A DNA stretch of 64,000 nucleotides from Gammaproteobacteria bacterium (GTDB lineage: Bacteria > Pseudomonadota > Gammaproteobacteria > Eutrophobiales > Eutrophobiaceae). A program made the position numbers and the translations under genes. Below are positions 1 to 8,011 of the stretch, one piece after another. How positions within the stretch are numbered: the first letter of the stretch is position 1; each line of letters begins with the position of its first letter. The stretch spans positions 399,565 through 463,564 of the forward strand of contig WLWS01000003.1 of the NCBI GenBank assembly GCA_012103475.1, written 5' to 3'. The notes below the pieces were generated by a model. It ran no database searches, was not told the DNA's origin, and saw nothing but the letters and a program-made list of their open reading frames with translations.

Positions 1-310
1 CTGAAACTCCACCAAGAGGATTATGACCTGCATAAATCTGACTGTTTTTCACTCGCAATGTCAGTGCGTAGGATATTATCGTCGCAGGTTTAAACAAAAA
101 GTTTTTAAAGCGTGCATGACGGGTACCAATCATGCCCCACAAGCAGCGAAACAACAGCAGAGACAGCACACAATATCCACTGATGAAATGCCAATCGAGG
201 TTTTCTTCTATTTCGATACTATACCAGGAAAAAACCACCAGACAGACCAACAGCCAGTGAAAAAGCCGGGTCGGTATATCCCAGATGAGGTAAGACTTTT
301 TTTCAGACAT
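1..310 (-). CDS. cytochrome b561 / Ni-hydrogenase-type b-cytochrome family membrane protein, N-terminal part only (runs off the left edge)
   Basis: Absent from the ORF track because it has no stop in the window. Reverse-strand ATG at 310-308 opens MSEKKSYLIWDIPTRLFHWLLVCLVVFSWYSIEIEENLDWHFISGYCVLSLLLFRCLWGMIGTRHARFKNFLFKPATIISYALTLRVKNSQIYAGHNPLGGVS. It carries the WD-x-PTRLFHW helix, the LFRxLWG helix and the GHNPLG motif typical of PF01292-type cytochrome b proteins. Confidence 0.75.
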   Translation of the reverse strand, partial: MSEKKSYLIWDIPTRLFHWLLVCLVVFSWYSIEIEENLDWHFISGYCVLSLLLFRCLWGMIGTRHARFKNFLFKPATIISYALTLRVKNSQIYAGHNPLGGVS

Positions 311-456
311 TGGCAGGTTACGCTCTCAAAAAAAGAAAATATGATGCTGATTCGAGCCGATATCCGCAAGCCCGGTCTTATTGATAAGCTACTTCAAATA
401 ATTGCAGAAAACAATTATTTGAATGCTGGATGATTACTAATTTAGCGGGTTTTGTA

Positions 457-1335
457 TTAGCTGCACTGACTGACTTTTTCTATATGTTTCATACTAATTT
501 TATGTTCATGCTTCTGAGACTGAAGATATTGAGCTTCGAGTATGTAAGCGAGTGCTTCAAGCTCATTTTTACATTGCACATGATCATCCTGATCGTATTG
601 ATATTGTAGAAAATGAACTAATTCATGAAGAAGTACACCTCTGCCTTTTTCAGAATCCAAATCCAGCGAATCCAGTATATAGACAGCCTCTTCATTAAAA
701 TTGTAGAGACCATAAATCTGTAGTTTTTCCGGGTCGATCGCAGCAGGTAATTCATCACCGAAAGCGACGTGCGCCATGTCTACCGGACTGACTTTGACAA
801 TATCAGGGAATTTATCAAGGTTATGCTGAAAAGATGAGTGAGCATTAATCCAGCCTAGCAGGCCGCTAACCAGTTCTTTCTCACTCAATTCTGCGTCAAA
901 ATCAAAATCCAGTGCGGCATCTGTAAAATTGTGATCGACCTCATGTGATTCTTTATGTGGCTCATTGTCAAGCGGGGAGTCAGCGGCAACAGCGCTAGAA
1001 AGTAAGGTAGAGGTTAAGGCCATTATCGTGATGACATTGGCATGCCGTTTGTTTTTGACACGCTTTACCCCATCAAGAAAATCAGAACGCTGATCTTCCT
1101 TGATGGTAAAACCATTTTGCTCTGAAAATTCAACAATTTGCTCAAAGGCCAGTGGATCCTTTTCTTGCAGGCCTCGCTCGTATACCAGAGTCTGTTTACC
1201 ACCGATGATGCAAGGGTGCACCATTGCCTGCTCATGAGCATTTTTTGAGGTAATACGAGATATCCAGCTACCAAGAATGGATTGTTTTCTTAGTGGTTCA
1301 ACTAATCTGAGTCCGCCTTCATTTTGCATAGTCAT
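457..1335 (-). CDS. hypothetical protein with one internal hydrophobic segment and a C-terminal HExxH (HELVH) motif; possible membrane-anchored metallopeptidase-like protein
   Basis: 292-aa ORF. Hydrophobic stretch ANVITIMALTSTLLSSAVAA around residues 98-118, preceded by basic KRVKNKRH. An acidic linker follows, then GVLLHELVHFLQYQ near the C-terminus. I recognise no family. Confidence 0.45.
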   Translation of the reverse strand: MTMQNEGGLRLVEPLRKQSILGSWISRITSKNAHEQAMVHPCIIGGKQTLVYERGLQEKDPLAFEQIVEFSEQNGFTIKEDQRSDFLDGVKRVKNKRHANVITIMALTSTLLSSAVAADSPLDNEPHKESHEVDHNFTDAALDFDFDAELSEKELVSGLLGWINAHSSFQHNLDKFPDIVKVSPVDMAHVAFGDELPAAIDPEKLQIYGLYNFNEEAVYILDSLDLDSEKGRGVLLHELVHFLQYQYDQDDHVQCKNELEALAYILEAQYLQSQKHEHKISMKHIEKVSQCS

Positions 1336-1588
1336 TTTTCTCGCTGAGGTCGAATAATCGGTCTATTTACAAATATTCACCTGTCCTCTAGCGGCCTGAA
1401 TGGCGGAATCTTTACATTGACTTGAATCGATAGCAGTTTTATGTGACTGAGTGCACGAAAAACCAGTAATGGCAGAATGCGGTGGTCAGGTTTGCACAGT
1501 GAAACGTATTTTCGAATATGCATATCAGGCGCACAGGTAGTATATTAAGGGCCTGAAACATACCGAAAAACTCAGGGGAAAGACCTTT

Positions 1589-2467
1589 ATGCACGAATTC
1601 GATTATGTTGTGGCCGAAAACCTCACTGAGGCGACGAAATTGCTCAGTGATCATAAGGGAAGCGCCAGAATCCTTGCCGGTGGTACCGATTTACTGGTGA
1701 TAATGCGTAACGGGCGGCGTCAGGCGAAATTAGTTATAGACGCCAAGAAAATTCCTGAATTAACAGATTTGTCTTTAAACGACGAAGGTCTGAGTATCGG
1801 TGCCGCAGTCACTTGCCGGCAGATTTGGGAAAACACCGAGCTTGCCGGAGATTACCCGGCCATTATTGATTCAGCCTCCCTGATTGGCGGTATTCAGGTA
1901 CAGGGAAGAGCGACCATCGGCGGCAACCTTTGCAATGCGGCACCCAGCGCCGATGCGATACCAACTTTGATTGCCTATGGCGCAATCGCGCATATACAAA
2001 ACAGTGATGGTCAACGACAAGTTCCGGTCGAGGAAATATGTCAGGCTCCGGGACAGACATCTCTGAGCGAGGATGAAATACTGGTGAAATTAACAATTGC
2101 TAAACCAGTTGCTCATTCAGGCGCAAAATTTTTACGTTTCATCCCCAGAAACGAAATGGATATTGCCGTTGTCAATGTCGCCTCAATGGTGGAACTTGAT
2201 AGTGAAGGAAAAAGTTTTCTCAAAGCAAGAATCGCCATGGGCTCCGTCGCACCGACACCCCTTTTCGTAAAAGCGGCGGGCGATTCGCTGGCTGGTAAAG
2301 AAGTAAATGACGAGTCGATAAAAGCGGCAGCATTGATTGCCCGAGAGGCAGCCACACCGATTACCGATATGCGCGGCACAATTGAACATCGCAAACAACT
2401 TGTTGAGGTCTTGACTGTTCGTACCCTGAATGCGGCGGTGGCCAGAGCCAAAGGAGAACAATCATGA
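1589..2467 (+). CDS. molybdenum hydroxylase (xanthine dehydrogenase/CoxM family) FAD-binding medium subunit
   Basis: 292 aa. Contains ILAGGTDLLVIM and ATIGGNLCNAAPSADAIP motifs of the FAD-binding domain of molybdopterin dehydrogenases. Its stop overlaps the next gene start (ATGA at 2464-2467). Confidence 0.9.
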   Translation: MHEFDYVVAENLTEATKLLSDHKGSARILAGGTDLLVIMRNGRRQAKLVIDAKKIPELTDLSLNDEGLSIGAAVTCRQIWENTELAGDYPAIIDSASLIGGIQVQGRATIGGNLCNAAPSADAIPTLIAYGAIAHIQNSDGQRQVPVEEICQAPGQTSLSEDEILVKLTIAKPVAHSGAKFLRFIPRNEMDIAVVNVASMVELDSEGKSFLKARIAMGSVAPTPLFVKAAGDSLAGKEVNDESIKAAALIAREAATPITDMRGTIEHRKQLVEVLTVRTLNAAVARAKGEQS

Positions 2468-2949
2468 GTAAGCGACATCACGTTACGACAACTATCAACG
2501 GCGAAGAGAGTGACTTTCTTTGCGAGCCTCGGCAGAGTCTTCTGGAAGTGCTTCGCGATGTACTCAAGCTCACTGGTGCGAAAGAAGGCTGCAATGATGG
2601 CAATTGTGGAGCCTGCAGCGTCCTCGTTGATGGTGTCCTGGTCGATTCCTGCTGTGTGCTTGGTGTCGAAGCAGAAGGTAAGCAAATAGATACGATTGAG
2701 GGAATGGCGGTTAATGGTGAATTGCATCCGCTACAGAAGGCTTTTCTCGAAGAAACCGGAATGCAGTGCGGAATTTGCACACCGGGGTTTTTAATGTCCT
2801 CGAAAGCACTGCTGGAGAAAAACCCTCAGCCTGACGAAGCGGAAATTCGACACTGGCTGGCAGGTAATCTGTGTCGTTGTACCGGATATGACAAAATAAT
2901 TCGCGCAGTACAAAGAGCGGCGAATGAAATGGCGGGAGAGAAAGTATGA
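2464..2949 (+). CDS. molybdenum hydroxylase (2Fe-2S)-binding small subunit (CoxS/XdhC-iron-sulfur type)
   Basis: 161 aa with both cluster motifs: GCNDGNCGACSV (plant-type) and QCGICTPGF ... NLCRCTGYDKI. Overlaps both neighbouring genes by 4 nt. Confidence 0.92.
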   Translation: MSKRHHVTTTINGEESDFLCEPRQSLLEVLRDVLKLTGAKEGCNDGNCGACSVLVDGVLVDSCCVLGVEAEGKQIDTIEGMAVNGELHPLQKAFLEETGMQCGICTPGFLMSSKALLEKNPQPDEAEIRHWLAGNLCRCTGYDKIIRAVQRAANEMAGEKV

Positions 2950-5210
2950 CAACTATGGATAAGAAAGCGGAAGATCTTCGTGTTGTCGGTACCCGACCAG
3001 TGCGCCCGGATGGTGCGGATAAAGTTACCGGTCGAGCCCGTTTCGGTGATGACATACATCTCAATAACATGTTGCATGGCAAAATGTTACGCAGTCCTCA
3101 CGCTCATGCTGTCATCAAATCCATTGATACCAGCAAAGCCGAAGCCATGCCCGGGGTTCGCGCCGTAATCTGCGGAAAAGATTTTCCTGTCATTGAACAC
3201 AAAATGGTAGCGCAAGGTGAGGCAGGTCTTGCTGATATGCGCGATATTTCTGACAACTGTATGGCAAAAGATAAAGTGCTGTATGACGGACACGCCGTGG
3301 CGGCAGTTGCTGCAGATAATCCGCATGTTGCTGAGGAAGCGGTAAAACTTATCGAAGTGGAGTACGAATTGTTGCCACCGCTGATGAACGTGCGCGCATC
3401 CATGGCCGATGATGCGCCGCAAGTACACGAGCATTCATTTCCCGGTGCCTTTATTGCTCCTACAGAAGCGCATATAGCCAATGCCAGTCGAATTCATATG
3501 GCCAACGGCGACATAGAGAAAGGCTTTGCCGAAGCCGATCATATTGTCGAAAGAGAATTTAATACCGAGACCTATCACCAGGGTTATATCGAAAGTCATA
3601 TCACCACTGTTGACTGGGACAGCAACGATAATCTGACCCTCTGGACATCGACTCAGGGGCAGTTTGAAATTCGTGACAACCTTGCCGACGTGCTGGAAAT
3701 ACCCATAGGTAATGTCAAAGTTATTCCGATGGAAGTCGGCGGTGCTTTTGGCGGTAAAGATCGTATTTATCTTGATCCTGTTGCCGCCCTGTTATCAAAG
3801 AAGGCAGCGCAACCGGTAAAAATGGCGATGCGCCGTGATGAAGTGATTCGAGCAACCGGCCCGAGTCCGGGTGCACATATCAAAGTGAAAATGGGCGTGA
3901 AAGCAGACGGCACTATCATTGCCGCCGATTATCATCTTGCCTATGAAGCCGGTGCTTACGCTGGTGGCCCGATATTTCTCGGTGTGGTCTCTTCGACTTC
4001 GCGTTATAACATTCCCAACCTGCAGGTGAATGGTTTCGATGTCATTGTAAACAAACCGAAGACGCGACCGTATCGCGCGCCCGGTGCACCACAGGCACTG
4101 TTTGCCGTTGAGCAGGTTATCGACGAGTTAGCCTCTCTGATCGATATGGATCCAGTCGATTTTCGTATTAAAAACCTGACTCGTAGCGGCGATATTTTAC
4201 TACCCGGATTTCCGCTGGCGCCGCTGGATACAGAAGCTTTGTTACAGTCGGTTAAGGCACATCCGCATTACACTGCCCCGCTTGAAGGTGAGAATCGTGG
4301 CAGAGGTGTGTCCTACACCATGTGGTTTAATCTGGGGGCGATAACCAGTGCCCGTTTATCGGTGAATCCTGATGGCACAGTACATATGAGCAGCTCCAAC
4401 CCGGATATGAGTGGAACGAGAATGACGCTTGCGATGCAAGCCGCCGAAGCGCTTGGTATTGATGTTGCCGAATTCAGCGCCAACGTTCCCGATTCCGATT
4501 CTATCGGCTTCGCTATGCCAACGGTTGGCAGTCGTACGACCTACTCGACGGGTATTGTTGTCATTGAGGCGGCGGCTGAAGTATTGGCAGAAATGTCGAA
4601 ACGTGCGGCGATGATCTGGGAAGTGGAGCCCGATTCCGTGAGTGTCGCGGATGGCGTTTTCAGCAGTGGTGATAAGAGTATAACTTTTAAAGAACTTGCT
4701 CACAGGATGCTGGACACGGGCGGACCCATCACGGTGCACAAAACCGGCTCACCTCAGAGTTTTATTCCTGCCGTTGCGGCCCACATCGTCGATGTAGAAG
4801 TTGACGTCGAAACCGGCAAGGTCGAGATTCTACGCTACACCGCTTTTCAGGATGTTGGAAAAGCCGTGCATCCGGACTATGTGGAAGGTCAGATTCAGGG
4901 CTCGGTAGTACAGGGCATCGGCATGGCCTTGAATGAAGAATATTTTTATGACGATGAAGGCCGTTTGAAAAACGCCAGTTTGCTCGACTATCGCATGCCA
5001 ACCAGTCTTGATGTACCCATGATTGAAGCGGTGATACTCGAGTCGCCTAATCCGGCACACCCTTACGGTGTGCGTGGTTGTGGGGAAATATCAATTATTC
5101 CTCCGGCGTCTGCTCTGGCGAACGCGATTCATGATGCGGTCGGCGTACGTATGGATTCCATGCCCATGTCACCGCATAAGGTCTGTGCAGCGATCAATAA
5201 CAAGTCCTAG
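2946..5210 (+). CDS. molybdenum hydroxylase molybdopterin-binding large subunit (aldehyde oxidase/xanthine dehydrogenase family)
   Basis: 754 aa. N-terminal VGTRPVRPDGADKVTGRARFGDD a/b-hammerhead signature, GGAFGGK, RPYRAPGAPQ and GCGEISIIP motifs. It is the third gene of the M-S-L order. Confidence 0.92.
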   Translation: MTTMDKKAEDLRVVGTRPVRPDGADKVTGRARFGDDIHLNNMLHGKMLRSPHAHAVIKSIDTSKAEAMPGVRAVICGKDFPVIEHKMVAQGEAGLADMRDISDNCMAKDKVLYDGHAVAAVAADNPHVAEEAVKLIEVEYELLPPLMNVRASMADDAPQVHEHSFPGAFIAPTEAHIANASRIHMANGDIEKGFAEADHIVEREFNTETYHQGYIESHITTVDWDSNDNLTLWTSTQGQFEIRDNLADVLEIPIGNVKVIPMEVGGAFGGKDRIYLDPVAALLSKKAAQPVKMAMRRDEVIRATGPSPGAHIKVKMGVKADGTIIAADYHLAYEAGAYAGGPIFLGVVSSTSRYNIPNLQVNGFDVIVNKPKTRPYRAPGAPQALFAVEQVIDELASLIDMDPVDFRIKNLTRSGDILLPGFPLAPLDTEALLQSVKAHPHYTAPLEGENRGRGVSYTMWFNLGAITSARLSVNPDGTVHMSSSNPDMSGTRMTLAMQAAEALGIDVAEFSANVPDSDSIGFAMPTVGSRTTYSTGIVVIEAAAEVLAEMSKRAAMIWEVEPDSVSVADGVFSSGDKSITFKELAHRMLDTGGPITVHKTGSPQSFIPAVAAHIVDVEVDVETGKVEILRYTAFQDVGKAVHPDYVEGQIQGSVVQGIGMALNEEYFYDDEGRLKNASLLDYRMPTSLDVPMIEAVILESPNPAHPYGVRGCGEISIIPPASALANAIHDAVGVRMDSMPMSPHKVCAAINNKS

Positions 5211-5234
5211 CGATAATCAGCAGGTCTGCAAAGA

Positions 5235-5498
5235 GTGATTCGAGTTCATATTCCGGCCCCAATGCGAGGCTATTGCGAGGGCAAGGATGTAGTCGAGGCG
5301 AATGGCGACAATATTCGCCAGCTTATTTTGGCCTTGGATTGTAGTTATCCAGGGATGAAAGATGCTTTAATGGATCAGGATCTTTTGAAACCGGATGTGG
5401 CCATCGCAGTCGATGGCCACATTACACCGCTGGGTCTACTTCAAGGTCTTAGCGAAGTTAGCGAGGTAAGTTTTTTTCCCGCTATTGGTGGTGGCTAA
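5235..5498 (+). CDS. MoaD/ThiS-family ubiquitin-like (beta-grasp) protein with C-terminal Gly-Gly
   Basis: 87 aa with a GTG start, 24 nt after the large subunit. MIRVHIPAPMRGY...GDNIRQLILAL...AVDGH...FFPAIGGG ends in GG immediately before the stop, as sulfur-carrier proteins do. Confidence 0.65.
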   Translation: MIRVHIPAPMRGYCEGKDVVEANGDNIRQLILALDCSYPGMKDALMDQDLLKPDVAIAVDGHITPLGLLQGLSEVSEVSFFPAIGGG

Positions 5499-5513
5499 GT
5501 CAATATTTTGGAA

Positions 5514-6068
5514 TCAAATTCCTACCAGGCGACCAAACTCCGGATGGCTGACGATGTTGTCAATCAATTGTTGAACTGCCGGGCCAAATGCATCGGCTAC
5601 ATTCTGGCAGGCGCTGTATGCACTATAGCTAGTTTTAAATGGGTATTTCGTTGTTATTGAAAAGCCCTCTGATTTATCAGACGAAATAGTGAAGCCGAGC
5701 TCCCAAAAGGCAGGAGACACTGAGCTAAAGGTTGCAGAATCTAAAAGACCGGTTATTTCTACCTCACTATCTACGGCGTACACTTGCGCCAGAAACAATT
5801 CTTTTTGCATTGCTTCTTTGATGTATTCAGCTTTCGATTTACCCGAGGCAACATCTACGGGACCCATCAATCGACATGTTAACTCGCCAATTTCGGGGTT
5901 TTCAGAAAACCCGCCTAAATGTACCTTAATGTCGGCTTTTCCTAAAATACTCTGAAATTTTAAGACGTTATCCGTTGATTCGGAATACGGACGCGAGGTG
6001 GTTGTTTCACAACCGGATAATAGTAGAACTGAGCAAATAATAGACAAGCATATTAGTCTGCCATGCAT
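5514..6068 (-). CDS. lipoprotein of unknown function
   Basis: 184 aa. Signal peptide with lipobox MHGRLICLSIICSVLLLSGC|ETT. I recognise no family. Confidence 0.55.
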   Translation of the reverse strand: MHGRLICLSIICSVLLLSGCETTTSRPYSESTDNVLKFQSILGKADIKVHLGGFSENPEIGELTCRLMGPVDVASGKSKAEYIKEAMQKELFLAQVYAVDSEVEITGLLDSATFSSVSPAFWELGFTISSDKSEGFSITTKYPFKTSYSAYSACQNVADAFGPAVQQLIDNIVSHPEFGRLVGI

Positions 6069-6151
6069 GATAAATTCCCTCTTTGGTTAGTTTAGGATTT
6101 AGTTTATCGAAGTGTTTGTGACTTAAACGTAAAAAATTAGGGTTTAAAGGC

Positions 6152-8011
6152 CTAATTTTCAGATCCTTTAACTTCATGAACCCAGACTTTAACAGAATCC
6201 TCAAGCATATCGAGGGGCAGTGGTCCGTTTCTCAACACGACGTCGTGAAACTCACGAAGGTTAAATTTCTCACCGAGAATTTCTTCCGTCATAGTTCTTA
6301 ATTCCAGAATTTTATTCATCCCAATCTTGTAAGCGGTTGCCTGAGAAGGAATGACGATATAGCGCTCGATTGCCTTGACGATGTCTCCACGAGGGTTCGG
6401 CGTATTCTCTTCAAGATATTCAATAGCTTGCTCTCGCGTCCAGCGTTTTGCGTGTATGCCTGTATCCACAACCAGTCGGCAGGCGCGCCAGATTTCCATG
6501 GCGAGGCGGCCGAAGTCTGAATAGGGATCAGAATAAAAGCCCATCTCTTTTGGTAAGTATTCTGAATAGAGTCCCCAACCTTCACCATAAGCAGTGTAAT
6601 GCCCGAATTTTCTAAAGCGGGGGATACCTTCCAGCTCACTGGCAATGGAACCCTGCATATGATGACCGGGAATGCCTTCATGATAGGCAAGCGCTTCCAT
6701 TTGATAATTGGGCATGTCTGACATTCGATACAGATTGGCGTAATACACACCTGGACGAGAACCATCTGGTGTGCCGCGTTGATAAAAAGCTTTGCCTGCG
6801 GATTTTTCCCTGAAAGGTTCTACTGCTTTGACGCTGATGTCCGCTTTTGGCTTGGTGATAAACATCTCATCCAGGCGGGTTTTCATCGTGTTGATAATAC
6901 TTTTCGCTTTTTCCAGGTATGCCTGTCTGCCTTGTTCAGATTGCGGATAATAAAATTGCTCATCCTTGCGAGTAAAAGCAAAAAAGTCCTGAAGCGATCC
7001 TTTGAAGCCGACTTCTTGCATGATTGAACGCATTTCTTCATGGATGCGGGCAACTTCGCGTAATCCAATGTTGTGAATCTCTTCAGCTGTCAGCTTGGTC
7101 GTTGTGGTGTTTCTCAAGGCGGCATTATAAAAATCATCGCCATTCGGGAGCTTCCAGGCGCCATCGTCAGTGGTGGCAATTTTCTGCTGCTGTTTAAGTC
7201 GATCGATTAGGCTGCGGTAAGCGGGACCCACAGAATCAAGCAAAACATTTTTTGCCTGATCAATAAGCACGTGTTTTTCCAACTGTGTTATCTCAAGGGC
7301 ATTTACCTTGTCCTTGAAATCGCTGAGAAGAGTACTGTCTTCTTCACTGTCTTCAAAGGGAGAACCTTTTAATACGTTCTCACTGTCAGAAATCACTCTG
7401 GGAAATACGAAAAGCGGTGGTACGATGCCCATGGCCTCGCGCTTATCCATTTTCTTAATTAATTCAGTGACAACAGCAGCAATACCGTCCAGTCGGCTGA
7501 TATAATCTAGTGCATCCTGTTTTTCTGACACGCGGTGAATATTGATCAGGAAAGAAGGAATCCAGCTTTGCCAGCCATGCATCTGGTTAATCGGATAGTT
7601 ATGATGGCGCCATCTGAAATTGGCGATCTCATTTTCAGCATTCTTTACGAAAAGGTCGTAACTTATTCTAGTCTGCTCATTTAGCTTACCCCGATCAATT
7701 TCAGACTTCAGACGAGCCAGCTGCCGCATAGTGACATCAATATCCTGCCAGGCTTTTTCTTCTGAAAGATCATCCCAGAGATCTTGCTGATCTTTAATAC
7801 CGAGATAACTCTGGTACATCGGAGCACGATTGAGTGACTCAGTAAAAGCCTGTTCAAAAAAAGCACTGGCTTTGGCATTCTCATCGCTCTCTTTTGTAAC
7901 AGTTTGAACAAGTTCATCAGACTCAAGACCTTTCTCAACTTGCGAAGGCGTGGTTTGACAAGCGGGTAGCAGCAATAAGCCGGAAAGGTATAAAAAGGCG
8001 AGTCGATTCAT
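6152..8011 (-). CDS. DUF885-family protein (metallopeptidase-like HExxGHH motif), probably an exported lipoprotein
   Basis: 619 aa. N-terminal MNRLAFLYLSGLLLLPAC signal. AYHEGIPGHHMQ is the DUF885 signature. Its start overlaps the stop of the upstream AraC/LLM ORF by 1 nt at 8011. Confidence 0.8.
   Translation of the reverse strand: MNRLAFLYLSGLLLLPACQTTPSQVEKGLESDELVQTVTKESDENAKASAFFEQAFTESLNRAPMYQSYLGIKDQQDLWDDLSEEKAWQDIDVTMRQLARLKSEIDRGKLNEQTRISYDLFVKNAENEIANFRWRHHNYPINQMHGWQSWIPSFLINIHRVSEKQDALDYISRLDGIAAVVTELIKKMDKREAMGIVPPLFVFPRVISDSENVLKGSPFEDSEEDSTLLSDFKDKVNALEITQLEKHVLIDQAKNVLLDSVGPAYRSLIDRLKQQQKIATTDDGAWKLPNGDDFYNAALRNTTTTKLTAEEIHNIGLREVARIHEEMRSIMQEVGFKGSLQDFFAFTRKDEQFYYPQSEQGRQAYLEKAKSIINTMKTRLDEMFITKPKADISVKAVEPFREKSAGKAFYQRGTPDGSRPGVYYANLYRMSDMPNYQMEALAYHEGIPGHHMQGSIASELEGIPRFRKFGHYTAYGEGWGLYSEYLPKEMGFYSDPYSDFGRLAMEIWRACRLVVDTGIHAKRWTREQAIEYLEENTPNPRGDIVKAIERYIVIPSQATAYKIGMNKILELRTMTEEILGEKFNLREFHDVVLRNGPLPLDMLEDSVKVWVHEVKGSEN

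Noticed and set aside
23-433. 136-aa plus-strand ORF at the left edge
   Set aside because: It lies antisense to a much better supported minus-strand cytochrome b561-family gene (1-310), which has clear family motifs. The plus-strand product has no recognisable features.
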